A DNA stretch of 64,000 bases from the human T2T-CHM13v2.0 reference genome, Homo sapiens: NCBI RefSeq assembly GCF_009914755.1, contig NC_060940.1; one strand, written 5' to 3'. The first letter of the stretch is position 1. Every line of letters begins with the position of its first letter. Shown here piece after piece: positions 42,156 through 54,620 of the stretch. A program made the position numbers and the translations under genes. Under the pieces are notes generated by a model. It saw only the letters and a program-made list of their open reading frames with translations, did not search any database and was not told the origin of the DNA.

Positions 42156-45100
42156 CCATCCTCCCTCCTCTGCAAGGCATCCATGTATATTTCTGCTCTT
42201 GTAATAATTGTCTGTCTCCCTGCTCTGACTTTGAGACCCTAAGGCAGAGCTAGGTTGGCCTCACCTTAGTGGCTCCTGTGCCCAGCACAGTGCCTGGCCC
42301 AGAGCAAGTGGATGGATGAATGAACAAATGAGTGAGACAGTGGGGAGTCTGCAGCTCTTCCAAGCAGCCACAGGCCCTCTCCACTCCAGGCCTTTGCAAA
42401 TGCTCTTCCCTCTTCCTGGAGCACCAGTCCCCTCCCTAGTTGCCTGCCTAACCCTTCTAAATCCTTTAGCACCACCTGCCCCATCCACTGCCCATCCCTG
42501 TCACAACTAAGTCACTCCCTCTCCCTGTTACCACAAACTTAACATATCCCTCCAACAGAGCCCTTGTCACATGGTTGAGATCCTCTGTGGTCTGTCTCTC
42601 TCTGAGCACCCTGAGGGCACAGATTGCATCTGATTCATCCTATTTCCGCATACCTAACAACAACAAAATCATGATAGCAAAAACAAAAACAACAATAATA
42701 ATAATAACAACCAACCAGGGCTTGTTGCAGTCAAATTAATGATGAATTAATATTTGATTGAATTAATGAATTAATTTGAATTGGTTCTCACCTCTTCTTC
42801 CATTGTCCCTCAGAAAGGCCCAGGCTCATTGGAGGACGACTTTCTGAATGTGATGGGACTCAGCTGATGGACCTTCTTTACCACAGCTGACTTCTCTCTC
42901 AGTCCCTTGCACTTGTCCCTAACCTCATGGGCCACATGACCCCATAAGCGCATGCAACAGGGCCGTAAGACTCAGCACACAGACCCCCTTCCCAAATCCA
43001 CTTCCCATGTCCCCCAGCAGGCCAGCCAGAGATGTTTCAGAGCACATGACTCCAAGGAATTGTGCACACCAGGCCTAACTGGCTTGAAGCCTCCTCTAAC
43101 CTGCAACCAAAGGAGATGACTTTGGGAGAGGGAGGAATGGAGAAAGGTAGGCAGTGAAGGAGGAGCAAGAAGGCGTCGACATCTATCCTGAGGTCAACAT
43201 GCATGGCTAATTGCATAATCAACTGCAGATGGGAGCCAGAACTCTGACAGTGAGATGAACACCCAAGGTCAAGACACACTAATCACCTCCTCACCATGCA
43301 TTCCTCTCTAACTGACTCTTCCTCTGGAGAATCCCAAGGGAAGAAAGGAGAACGAGAGGAGGAAAGAAAAAGAAGCACTCATTCCGAACCCATCCTACAG
43401 GAAGGCCTCCAGGAACTTCAATCACCCAGAAGCCAACCAGGAACTAGAAACAGAAAGCTTCTGCAGAACTGATCACGACTCATCAGAGGCCGTGAGAGCA
43501 AGGAAAGAATCAGGAACTGCCACAAATTGGAAGAGTCTGAGGAAACACAACAGCTATGAGCAATGTGGGATCCTGAATCAGATCCTGAAACAGAAAAAGA
43601 ACACTAGAGAGAAACTGGTGAAATTTGCATAAGGTACAATAATAGCATTGTACCAGTGTTAATTTCCTGGTTTTGACCATTGTGCCGTGGTTCCGTAAGT
43701 TGTGAACATTAGGGGAAGCTGGGTGAAGGGTATGCATGAACTTTCTAAAATATTTTTGTAATTTTTCTGTGAGTCTAAAATTATCTTTAAAAGGGTGTTT
43801 TATTTTGTCTTTTAAAGGACTTCCAGGCGGCCAGCAACATCCTGGTAAGAATGAAGTCATTCCCACCAAACCTGGTTTTGCTGAATTGGCCATGAATGTG
43901 GCTTATTTATTTAGCAATCACGGATATTGTTTTCTCTAGAAAACTTCAGTTCTTCCGTGAAGCTTGGATATCTCAAACGGAAGGAGGAGGAGAGCTGGAA
44001 GTGACAGGAAGAGAGAAAGGATTAATGCAGGCAGGTTGGAGCCATTTAGCACAAGGGCAGACAGGCCTACACACCTGAAGGACCTCTGGAGGCAGCCTCC
44101 TGTTCCAGCACAATCACTGATATCTTTATGATCCAGCTCCATTTTTGCAGCAAATGTTCCTGGAGCCCTGAACCACACATCAAGCTAGGGACACAGTATT
44201 GAAGTCCACAGTCCTTTGGAGGGCAGGACTCAGTTTCTGCCCTCCAAAGGCTCACAAACAGGGAGGCAAGTATGCACAACACAAAAGAAAATCGTATGTG
44301 ATTTCCATCATTTTGAAATGTGAGGTGTGCTATCGGACCTCAGATGAGGATGCTACTCATTTAACCTGCACGGAGTCAAGGTCAGAAAAGCCTCCAGAGA
44401 AGGGGGTATGGGCATTAGAGGTGCTAGAGCCCAGGAGTTGAGGTGGAGAGTGGCTAGAATAGAATCCAGAGACTGGGCAGGAACTAGATCAGAAAGGACC
44501 TTGACTATCTTGCTACAAGGCCACATGGACTTGATTCTGCAGCAATGGAAAGTCCCTAAAGGGTTCTAGCAAGGGTGTGGCTTGATTTAAGGAAGCTCGG
44601 AGGCTGCAGTGTGGAGAGGTGTCTTTTTTTCAAGAGTCTGAGTTGAGGAGAGGTTATAGTGAGGCCAGTCTGTGCCCTGCTTTTGGGGGCAGAATGTACA
44701 TTGTGTGACAGTGAAAATGAACACAGCAATAATCCAAGCAGAGAGGCTGAGAAAACAACTTCTTCCCCACAGGACCTAATTCATGAGCCTCCACCACCCA
44801 TCAGGCCGCCCTGCCTTTCCCCGTGTGCAAAAACTCAGCTGCTCCAGGCCAGGAGGGTTGCTTGTTCATGTGCTAGACCGCCTTAAGGTGACACGATTAA
44901 TGTTCTCCTTGGAATGACTTCCCCACAGCATTTCAGGTCCATCATGGCCAGCTCAAAATGAATAGCAGAGAGACTCAGACAGCCTCCTGGTGCCTGCCTA
45001 AGAGAAGCAGATGCAAGGGGAACTGGAGCCCCCTCCGCACAGCCGTCACATTGCGTTCAGGGATTCCCTGTTCCTCTGAGTGTTGTGGATGTGTGCAGGT

Positions 45101-45177
45101 GACATGGAGACATTCTTGAGTTCCCAAGAGTCACCAGGAACTCTGGGAGAGAGCACCAGGACAGAAAGGAGAGGCAC

Positions 45178-45460
45178 CAGCCGGGAAGGTGGCTCACGCC
45201 TGTAATCCCAGCACTTTGGGAGGCTGACGTGGGTGGATCACTTAAGGTCAGGAGTTTGAGAGCACCCTGGCCAACATAGTGAAATACTAAAAATACAAAA
45301 ATTAGCCAGGTGTAGTGCTGTGCTCCTGTAATCCCAGCTATCCAGGAGGCTGAGGCAGGAGAATGGCTTGAATGCGGGAGGTGGAGTTGCAGTGAGCCCA
45401 GATCGCGCCACTGCACTCCAGGATTCCAGCATGGCCGACAGAGCAAGACTCTGTCTCAAA
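45178..45460 (+). mobile_element. AluS followed by a purine-rich (GGGA/GGAA)n tract (45464-45640)
   Basis: Alu consensus followed by a G/A-only run. Confidence 0.9.
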
Positions 45461-48400
45461 AACAGAGGGGAGGGAAGGGGAAGGAGGAATGGGGAGGAGG
45501 AGGGGAGGGGAGGGAAGGGGAGGGGGGTGTGGAGAGGAGGGGAGGGAAGGTGAGGGGAAGGGAAGGAGGGAGGGAGGAAGGAAGAAAGGGAGGGGAGGGA
45601 AGGTGAGGGAGGGAGGGAGGGAGGGAGGGAGGGAGGCAGGCATGGTTGAAAGTCCCCAGTTACACTGCACTGGCCACTTCAGCAGCAGGGACCGCAGGCT
45701 GGAGATGCTGTCAAGAAAACCCAGGTACCAGGAAATGCATGAGGGTGACCTCGTCTGCTGGAATGACATTCTGGAAGGACAAATGATTTGTTCCAGAACA
45801 CACAGCAAGTAAGTGGCAGAAGGGGGATTTGAACTCAGGTCTTCAAATCCTCTAGACCCAGAGCCCAAGCCAGTCCAGAACATCTCCATGCTTTCTGGAA
45901 CTTAAAGGAGGCAGAGGCCTCACATGACTCCCTGCGTTCCCTCCCTATCCCCCTGCTGGCCAATGCTTCACAAGAGTATTGGGTATCTACTAGGGGCCAG
46001 GCCAGTCACTACCCCTCCTGAACCATGGCCTTTTCCCCTTTGTCCTCTGAAATGAACTGTGGAAACGTCTCTCACACACACAGGTTTTCTACAAATGCTT
46101 TTTGCACCATTTTTGTTCATTTATACACCATCTTCTTCCAAAAATGCATACATAGTATAATGTTTTCTTTAACAAGTGAGTAAACAGAGGCAAAGGAAAC
46201 ATACATTCGTCTCCTTTTTTTTTTTTTTTAATCAGGGAGTGATTCAAGCAATGGTTTAAAATAAACAAAAAGAATAAAAACTGTTTTTGGAAGAAATGAA
46301 ACTATTTTTGTTACTAAGCCTGGAAAGAAAGTTCTCCCATAGGCTGAATAAATATTAGTTCCTTTCCCTTTGCCCCTTCTGCCTGGAACCCCAAATTCCT
46401 CCTCCATCTTCAAGCCGGAAGCCTAACTCTCTTGCCTCGGCTGGGCAAATGCATAAAGATAAGACACTCTTTTTAGAAAATTAAAGTATAACATACTTAC
46501 ATTAAAATGCACAGAAGTGTACTGTTCTGTCAATTTTCACAAATAAAATACACCTGTGTACCCAGCACCCAGCTCAAGAAACAGCATTACCAGCAAGTCC
46601 CCCACTTCTAGTCACTACCTTGCCCCAAAGGTAAATACTGCTTGGGCTCCAATACCATGGATCTGCTTTTCCTGCTTTGGAACTTTATATAAATGGAATC
46701 ATACAGCATTTGGCTTCTTTAGCTCAACCCTGTAACTTATTCATATGTTTGCTTGTAGTTGTAATGTGTTCACTTTCATTGCTGTGGAATGTTCTCATCC
46801 TGTGACTGTACCACAATTTACTCTCCAGTAGATGTTCAGGTTCATTCATTCTTGGTCAGGAAAATAAAGATGATCACAGGTTGCACGTGGGTATTTTTAT
46901 CTGCATTAACTCTTGTTAATAATTCATGTAAGTGCTTGAGTTCAGGAGATGCCAACATTATTTTTCTAAACTTTTAAATTAGACTCAAATGCAACATCCA
47001 AAAACTGTCAGTCTGGCAGCTGACATTATTCTGAACACTGAAATCTATTTTTGTAACCAAAGATGTCTTAGTCCTGTGGCCAGGGGAGCAACAAACAAAT
47101 AGAAAAGGCATAAGAAATGTTTTTTCTTTGCTCTTGTACAAATAGACATTCAACATGTGTAGGCAACATTTATTGAGACGTTATTGTGTGTCAGGAACTG
47201 TACTAAACACTTTGCATGTATTGTTACATTCGATCCTGACAACAACCCTCTGAAATAGCTTTACTTGAATTACTCCCATTTTTCAAGCTCTGTCTGTGTC
47301 ATCCCATCTTTCTCATCCTCAGGACTTACTGTAGGATCCAGTATAACCAGGCATTCAATAAATGCTTATTAAATAGAGCAATGAATGAATAACAGCAGCT
47401 ACCATTTATTGAGCCCTTAGTATATACAAGGCACTGTGCCAAATGTTTACATCCGTTATCCTGTTTAATCTTACCAACAGACCTGTGAGGACATAGGGAA
47501 CATCTTCAGGGTTTTTGCCAGGCTCATGAGTTCTACCTTCTCTGAGAATAATGAATGCACATGAAAACAAGCTGCCATATTTGTGCTACATGATCCCACC
47601 CTTTGGTCACAGTTGATTGGACCAGGGGTGCAGTTCCACCAATTAGATTCTTTCTTGGGAATTTGGACGTGTGGTTGAAAGATGGCCAGTTAGTCCTGCC
47701 TGTGGCTAGAATTGAGGAGCTGTAAACTCATTCTCAAGCTGCAGTGAGGGCTTTTTTTACAAAATAATGGAAAAAGAAGGTCTGCAGGGAGAAAAAAATT
47801 AAGTGATTAAGCAGAGAGGCACAGAGACAAGAGGCAGAGTCTTACCTAGGTTCCTGTCTGTTTCTCTGGTTCTCACTCCAAGGCCTCAGAGAGCCCAGAC
47901 GTGAGTTCTAGTAAATTCTCCAGGTTTTGTTAAAATGGCCCAAGTTGGTTCCTACTAGTTACTACCAAAAAATAAAAATCTAAGCCAGGGACAGTGGCTC
48001 ACACCTATAATCCCAGCAACTTGGGAGGCTGAGGCAGGAGGATTGCTTGAGACAAGGAGTTCAAGACCAGACAAGGAGTTCAAGACATCGCAAGACCCTG
48101 TCTCTAAAAAATAAATAAATCTAAACGAAGATAGGTCAATATTATTTTTCCCATTCCACAGATGAAAAAAATGGAGGCTCTGAAGAGGTAAAGTGACTTG
48201 CCCAAGGTCACACGTTCGGTGTGGCAGAGCAAAGACTTGAGCCCAAACTCACCCAACTCTCTGCAGCCTGAGCAGCCTCCCCTTCCCCACACCAGTGCTC
48301 CTTGGGACATCTGTCCAAGCCAACAGGACATCTGTCTTTCCCTGCCGCACCCCCACCCCAACCCCGCCGCTAGCTTTTTGAGGGCTGGGGTCATGTCTGA

Positions 48401-49469
48401 CTCACTGTAGCAGCTCCCCCTAGGCTATACACCATCAGGTGTCACTTGCAAACCACCAGGGTGGAGATTTCATAGGGTTAGAAGAAACATCATGGCATGA
48501 CTGATGGGAAATTAATGGGTTTTGGTGGCTGCAAATTGTAGAGGCAGAAAAGCGGAGCATGGAACTGAGACACTCTGTGGTGACCTTGACAGAGAATCCA
48601 GTGAGAAATTGATTAAAGTCTGTGGCAATGGACTTTAGATCCCAGATCAGAAGAGGGACAACCATAGACTAAAGCCCTTGCTGGGAGTACTGCATGTCAC
48701 TGAAAATGGAGAGCCCCGGAAACTTCCTCATGCCCACAGTCTCAGCCCAGCTGTCCTGACTTCGGCCTTGGCAAAGGAAGTGGTTTTGGGTCCAGGCCAA
48801 ATGTGGGGGCCTGGGCTGACCCAAGAGGCTGGACCCAGAGAATCCTAAGTCCTCACTCTGCAGAGTCTGGACCATTTGATCCCCCTTGCACCCACATACC
48901 CCAACTCATCCTCCATGCAGCAGAGAGATCTTTCTAAAATAACAACCTGACCAAGCCACCCCTCTTAAAGCCCTTATATGGTTCCCAAGGCCTTCACCCT
49001 ATCATTCAAGGCCTTTACGACCTGCCTTTCCTGTCTTTCCTCATAACACACCATTCATTCACACTCAACTTTGCTCCCAATGTTCCGAGTTACCTGTGTC
49101 CCTGGAATCACCTTGGTCTCTTGACACCTATTCCATCATTGTACACATAAGCTATTCCCTCTCCTGGAACATCTCACTCACTGCATCCCATTCATTTGAT
49201 GAAATCTTGATTGAACTTTAAGCTCAACTCAAGAAACACACCCTCAAAGAGGCCTTTTCTGACCTCCACAGATTGAGTTAAGTGTTTTTTCTTTGAGCAC
49301 ACATCTGGCACAGAAAATATATTGTTCTGGGATCATTTGTTTATAATCTGCTTCTTTTAACACATTGCCAGCTCCTAGAGGGCAGGGACCTTGTTTTCCA
49401 CATCCTTTCTTTTTTCATCAGTTCATAGCAGAGTTCTTGGCCTGTAGTGAGCATCAGTAAGTATGCATG

Positions 49470-49790
49470 GGACATATGGGTGGATAGATGCAGATGGGGT
49501 AAGTGGATGGGTGATGGGAGTTTGAATGGATAGATGAGGAGTGGGTGAATGGGAGGAAGAATAAATGCATGTGTAGGAGGATGGGGAGGTGGTTAGATGA
49601 GAGGAAGGGAGGAAGGAAGGCAGGAAGGAAGGAAGGATTGAAAGATGGGAGGAGGCCTAGGTGGATAAGTGGGAGGACAGATGGGTGAATGGGTGGATAA
49701 ACGGATAGATCATAGGAGGATGGAGAAAGGATAAGTGGACCCATAGGAGGATAGATGAGTGGATGGGTAGGTGGGTAGATGGATGGATCA
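49470..49790 (+). repeat. Degenerate (GGAT/GGAA)n purine-rich repeat
   Basis: Seen directly; follows an L2-like 3' end. Confidence 0.8.
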
Positions 49791-52700
49791 ATCAGTTCTG
49801 CCTAGGCTTAGGGTTCAGTCCTTAGATTGTCTTTGTGACCTGGACTCCTCTCAGAGTTCTGCTGCCTGCCGACGACTCCTGAAATTGAACATGTGTATAA
49901 TCAAACTCATATTCTCCTTTCTCACATTTGATTCCCTTCTAGTGTTCTGTTCCTCGGTGACTGGCAACACCACCCACCTGCCTGCACCAGGTTGGCCTAA
50001 CTTGTTTGGGGCAGGTTTAGGTAGAAATCTGGGTTCTGCTCCTAATTAGCTATGTGTCCTTGAGCAAGTTACTTGAGTGCCATAAACCTCACTGCTGCAT
50101 GTGAAATATAAAGAAAATATTACCCACCTCCTCAGGATGTTGGGAGGATGGAATTAAATGCTGCATGTAGCATAACTAACACATTGTCAGGCCTCTCTAA
50201 GGAGATGTCAGGACTGGGCTGGGGGCAGGAGCAGAAAGTTCTATACCCAGTCCCTGCTCAGCGCTCAGCCACTTACCCTGAAATAAACTCTACCTTGAAT
50301 ACAGATCTTCAAGAAGCCCCAGAAATAAGTTTCCCCAGAAAGGCCGCTGGAGATAGGAGAGGAGAGGCTGTCTTTTATACTTCAGCTCCTGGAGACCTAG
50401 TCCAGGGTCCTAGAAGAGAGGTTTCCCTCCTAAAGGAAGACAGAAGGGGCAGCCTGGCTGTGTTAAGCCGTTCTTACATTGCTATAAAGGAATATATGAG
50501 ACTGGGTAATTTGTAAGGGGGTAAAGCAAAGACATTTCAAAGAAGGAAGGATGGTAGGGAGGTACAAGCTGATCAGGCCCAAGAGACCCTTCCAACATCT
50601 CCATGCCATGGGCTCTGTTTGGGATGAATGACATCACGGATCCTGTTCTTTGCAAACAGAAAAGACGTTTTTTGGGATTCCCTGTGAGCGGCTGGGGTGA
50701 CATGAAGCACACTCTAGGGCAAGCCCCAAAGCCCAGCACTTGGGGACTCTTTGGGCATCTCACTGTCCTGAGATCTCACTTCCTGATTTCCCTCAGACTC
50801 TTCCCTCCAGCATCCCTACCTATCCCTAGGCCAAGCAAACACTAAACACCACTGTGCCTCCCTGGTACCCAGTAGATGCCCCTTCTGCAAATCTGACCCT
50901 ACACGAAGAAAGCCTCAAAACTATGACATACCTAGAGACATAAAGGATAGTCATGGGCATGCACAAGCCTCCCCATGAAGATGTCCGTTGCAGTGTTGTT
51001 TAGAAGTATGAAAAATGGAAACAAACTAAATGCTCAGAAATAGGGGACTGGTTAAAAAAATATGTGCAATACAACCATCTGATCCTATGCTAGGTAGCCA
51101 CTAAAAGTGTGACATAGGAGAGGAGATATCAGTCAGCAAGCTCACTCCATTTAAGGACTCCTGTAGAGTTACACAGGTAAAAAGAAAGGAAAACAGGAAA
51201 GCTCAATATTCACAATGACTGGATTTTCTTTTCTTCTTTTTCCTTTTGTATTTTCCAAGTGCCCTACACTAATATATATTTGTGGATGGATACATAGACA
51301 CACAGAGATTGGTAGGCACGCCGTCATAAGCCAGCTCCCTGAAACTACACCCAACACCACTGGAAAACAGTCCTGGTTCCAGTCTGAGGAGCAAGCCAGA
51401 TTTGCCAGGCCAGTGATGCACAAATAGGGGAGTGGACGGGAATTAACTCTTTAGGGCTAGGACCTTCCGCAAGGACTCACTCAAAGTGTGCCACACACAC
51501 TTATCCCTGGTCCCCCCACCCCCACCACAACACACACACACACAAACACACAGAGTCTTGCCAAAGGGGGCAGCTTACAGGCAAAACCACTCAACAACTA
51601 GAATATCCATCCTGGAAGGGTCAGCAGGTGTCCTCAGAGAGATCAAGGTTATACCGTGGGCACAGCCCTAGCTTGGGAGTTGTAGAGCCTCCAATCCTAC
51701 CTCTTTGACCCTAGCCTATCCCCTCCTTTCTCTGATCCTTCATTTATTCATTCATAAAATAAATGCATGAGGTTGGACAAAGGGTCTCTCAGGTCCCCTT
51801 CCTCGGTTCTCTGAGAATTGTTTCCCTTTATTCTAGCCTCATCCCTTACTCAGAGCTGATGTCCCCGTGACAGCCCCAGCCTGCAGGAGGGCGGGGAGTG
51901 GGGGCGGGGGGGGGCGGTAAATAGTGCAGGGAGCAGAGCCCAGAATGAACAGTTACCAGAGGAGGCTGGGAGATGTCCTCAAGCACCCAAGCCCTAGACC
52001 ACGCAGCTTCCCCTGCCTGGCCCCAGGGAAGCCCAAGACGTGATGACTGGCAGGGCTGGGGTTTGTTTTCTCCACCGGAGCCTGCTCTGCCCCATCCTCC
52101 CTGCAAGGCCAGTCCCTGGCCAACTTTCCCTTCCACAACATCCCCATGGCTTCACTGCTTCCCCAAGGTTTAGCATCAACATGTTCAGCCCTTTGTCACC
52201 ATGCTTTATTTTTGAGAACCACTTTCCCGCCAGTGACAAGCCTTTGGGTTTTGAAACGAACCCAGCTTTTGACTCCCCTTGCCTCCTAAGCCCCAGTTTC
52301 CTCATCAACAGTAGTGGTTCAGAGAGTGTTAGCAACAACACATTTCATCAATTCCTGCAGCAAATTCACTGAGTGCCCACTCTGTGCAGACCCCTGCAGC
52401 CCTACCCAGACGCTGCCCTCCTGGCGCTCCCAGGCAAGTGGCGGAGGTTAAATAAATAACTCCTCCACGCTGGCGAGCACCCCAACACAGTAGGGGTGCA
52501 ATCATTGGGAGCAATATCCTAATGAGGACAGGGAGGCCTGAGAGATGGGCTGGGATTCGTCCAAGGCCCCAAAGCAGGGTGGGGACAGAGCAGGTCCTGG
52601 AAGCCTGGAACCCCGGCCTGAGCCAGGCATCCCCTCGGGGCCGGCTTCCACCTGCCAGGGCTGAGCCCTATGCCCTGACGTTTGGGCAGCGGGGAACGGG

Positions 52701-52799
52701 GGCACAGGGAGGGTGACGGGGTGAAGGAAACAGGCCTGCTGGTGGCTCCGAAGGAAGGTTTGGGCCAGGCCTAGCTGGAATCCCAAAACTCACCTGCCA

Positions 52800-54620
52800 G
52801 CAACCGCGAGCGGGAAGCCCTGCCAGGCTCGCCTGCCAGGCTCGCCTGCCCCTGCCAGCGGCCCAGCCACGTTGGGTCCCCCTCTCCATCCCGCACTTTG
52901 CTCTTTGCCGGCGACAGGGGTCCCCTGCTCAAATGCCCAGCCTAGCCTCGGTCCAACCTGTCTGGCTGTCCTTCCCTGACACCTCGTTTGTCTACCCTTC
53001 TCTGCACGTGTCAGTGGCTCCCCGCTCGCGTCCGTGTGTCATTCCCTACACACGCCTGTGTGTCCTCTTCACACGTCTGACTGGAGCGTCGGCCTCCCGC
53101 ATTTCCCGGCCTCCTCGCCGCCCTGCCCCGCCTGCTGCTGTGTGGGTGTCGGGCTGGCTGTGCGCAAAGGGGCGCGGCTCGGCCCTCCCCCGCACCCGCG
53201 CCCCCCGCCCCGCATCTCGGAGTGACCCGGGCCGCGGCGCCGCGGTGCTGAGGCCCGGGAGCCGCGCCGCCGCCGAGGGGGGCCGGGGCCGGTGACGGTG
53301 GCGTGGGCGGCGGCGCGGGGACGACGGGCGGCCGGGCGGGGCTGCGGCAGGGCAGGGCCAGGGCCAGGGCCGGGGCCTGGGAAGCCGCCGCCGCCGCTGC
53401 CTCGGCCCGGGATCGCGGGCGGCTGGTCGGCCCGGCTCGCCTGGCCCCGCCTGGCCCGCCCCGCCCCGCCCCTGCGCGCCCAGCAGGCCGAAGCGTAGCG
53501 GCGCGCCCCCCGCGACGCCCGAGCCCGAGCGCAGTGGCCTCCGAGCGGGAACCGGACTGGGAGCCGGAGCCGGGGCGGGAACCGGAGCTGGAGCCGAAGC
53601 TGGAGCCGGCACTGCGGCGCACGGAGCGGAGCGCTGCAGCCAAGCCGAGTAAGGGGCGTGGGGCTGGGCGGCGCGGGGGAGGGGCGGGCGGGGGGTCCCG
53701 GCCCCATTCCCCCGCGCTCTGCGGTGGTACCGGCGAACGACACACCCGGGGGCGCGCCGCGCGGAGCCTCGGTGCGCGGGGCGGGCGGATGCGCGGTCCG
53801 GAACGGAACCGCAGCGCGCTCGGAACGGAGCGGGATCCCGGGTCTCCCGCGGACCCTCGACCCCGGGCTGGCCACTGGGATCTGCGCGAGCCGAGGCTGA
53901 CCCTGATCGCGCCCTCGGGCCTCGGGGAAGGGGAGGTATCCAGGTTTTCTGCCTGACTCGAGTCCCCGACGAGCATCAACCGCATTTGGGGAACCCAAGA
54001 CAGCCTCCCCAGCAGCTTGCCCTCGGTTTCGGGGACCCCTGAACAACCCAACCAAGAAGGGAAAACTAGGGCGCACTCTCGGTCGGGGTGGGAGAGGAAA
54101 GGGGCTGGGGCTTCACGGAGTTTGGAGTTTGAACCCACCCGCACCCCTTTGAGCTAGGAAGTTTGACCCTTCGACGAGCAGGTCGCCTGGGGTATGCCCC
54201 TGTCTCCGTGCCTCTGTCTCAGCACCGAGCGTCGGAGAGAGAGCGCGCCCTCCGCACCTTCTCCCACTTTGGGACAGACTTTCCCTTGCGCTGTCAGAGG
54301 GACCCGAGGCTGAGTACGAGGCGAGGCGGCAGGCAGCTCAGGCTGGCTGCGCAGCGCTGAGTGGCACCGCCGCCGCTCCCCAGGGGCAGGGCCCACCCCA
54401 CACCCGGCTGACTCTCGCTGCCCTTCCTCCTTCCCTATCGGGCTCTGCGGTCTGGAGGCTGGAGAGCGGTGAGGACCAGGGACTGCCCTGTCCATCTCGG
54501 GCGGGTGCCGGCGTGGGTGGCGGGGCGCAGGCTGGGAAAGGGAGGGCGCAAGTAACTGGTGTGAGAGGCAGGGGTTCAGGGATCCTTGCTCTTGAGCCAC
54601 GATTTCCGATGAGCCCCTGC
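52800..54620. promoter_or_regulatory. BEAN1: CpG island promoter of BEAN1
   Basis: Very high GC and CpG density; multiple GGGCGG/CCGCCC GC boxes; no obvious TATA box. Confidence 0.9.
53500..53648 (+). other. BEAN1: BEAN1 non-coding exon 1 (TSS approximate)
   Basis: Lies in the CpG island core; ATG-free; ends CCGA/gtaagg; contains degenerate (GGAGCC)n. Confidence 0.65.

Noticed and set aside
42730-42785. AATTAAT-rich cluster resembling homeodomain sites
   Set aside because: Low-complexity AT patch next to L2-like sequence; nothing else supports a function
49470-49790. Possible SCA31 (TGGAA)n repeat
   Set aside because: Degenerate GGAT/GGAA tract upstream of BEAN1; the SCA31 site lies further downstream in the gene, outside this window, and no TGGAA array is present
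52933-54144. Overlapping 200-380 aa ORFs on both strands
   Set aside because: CpG-island artefacts (Ala/Gly/Pro/Arg-rich, mostly non-ATG starts, no domain signal)
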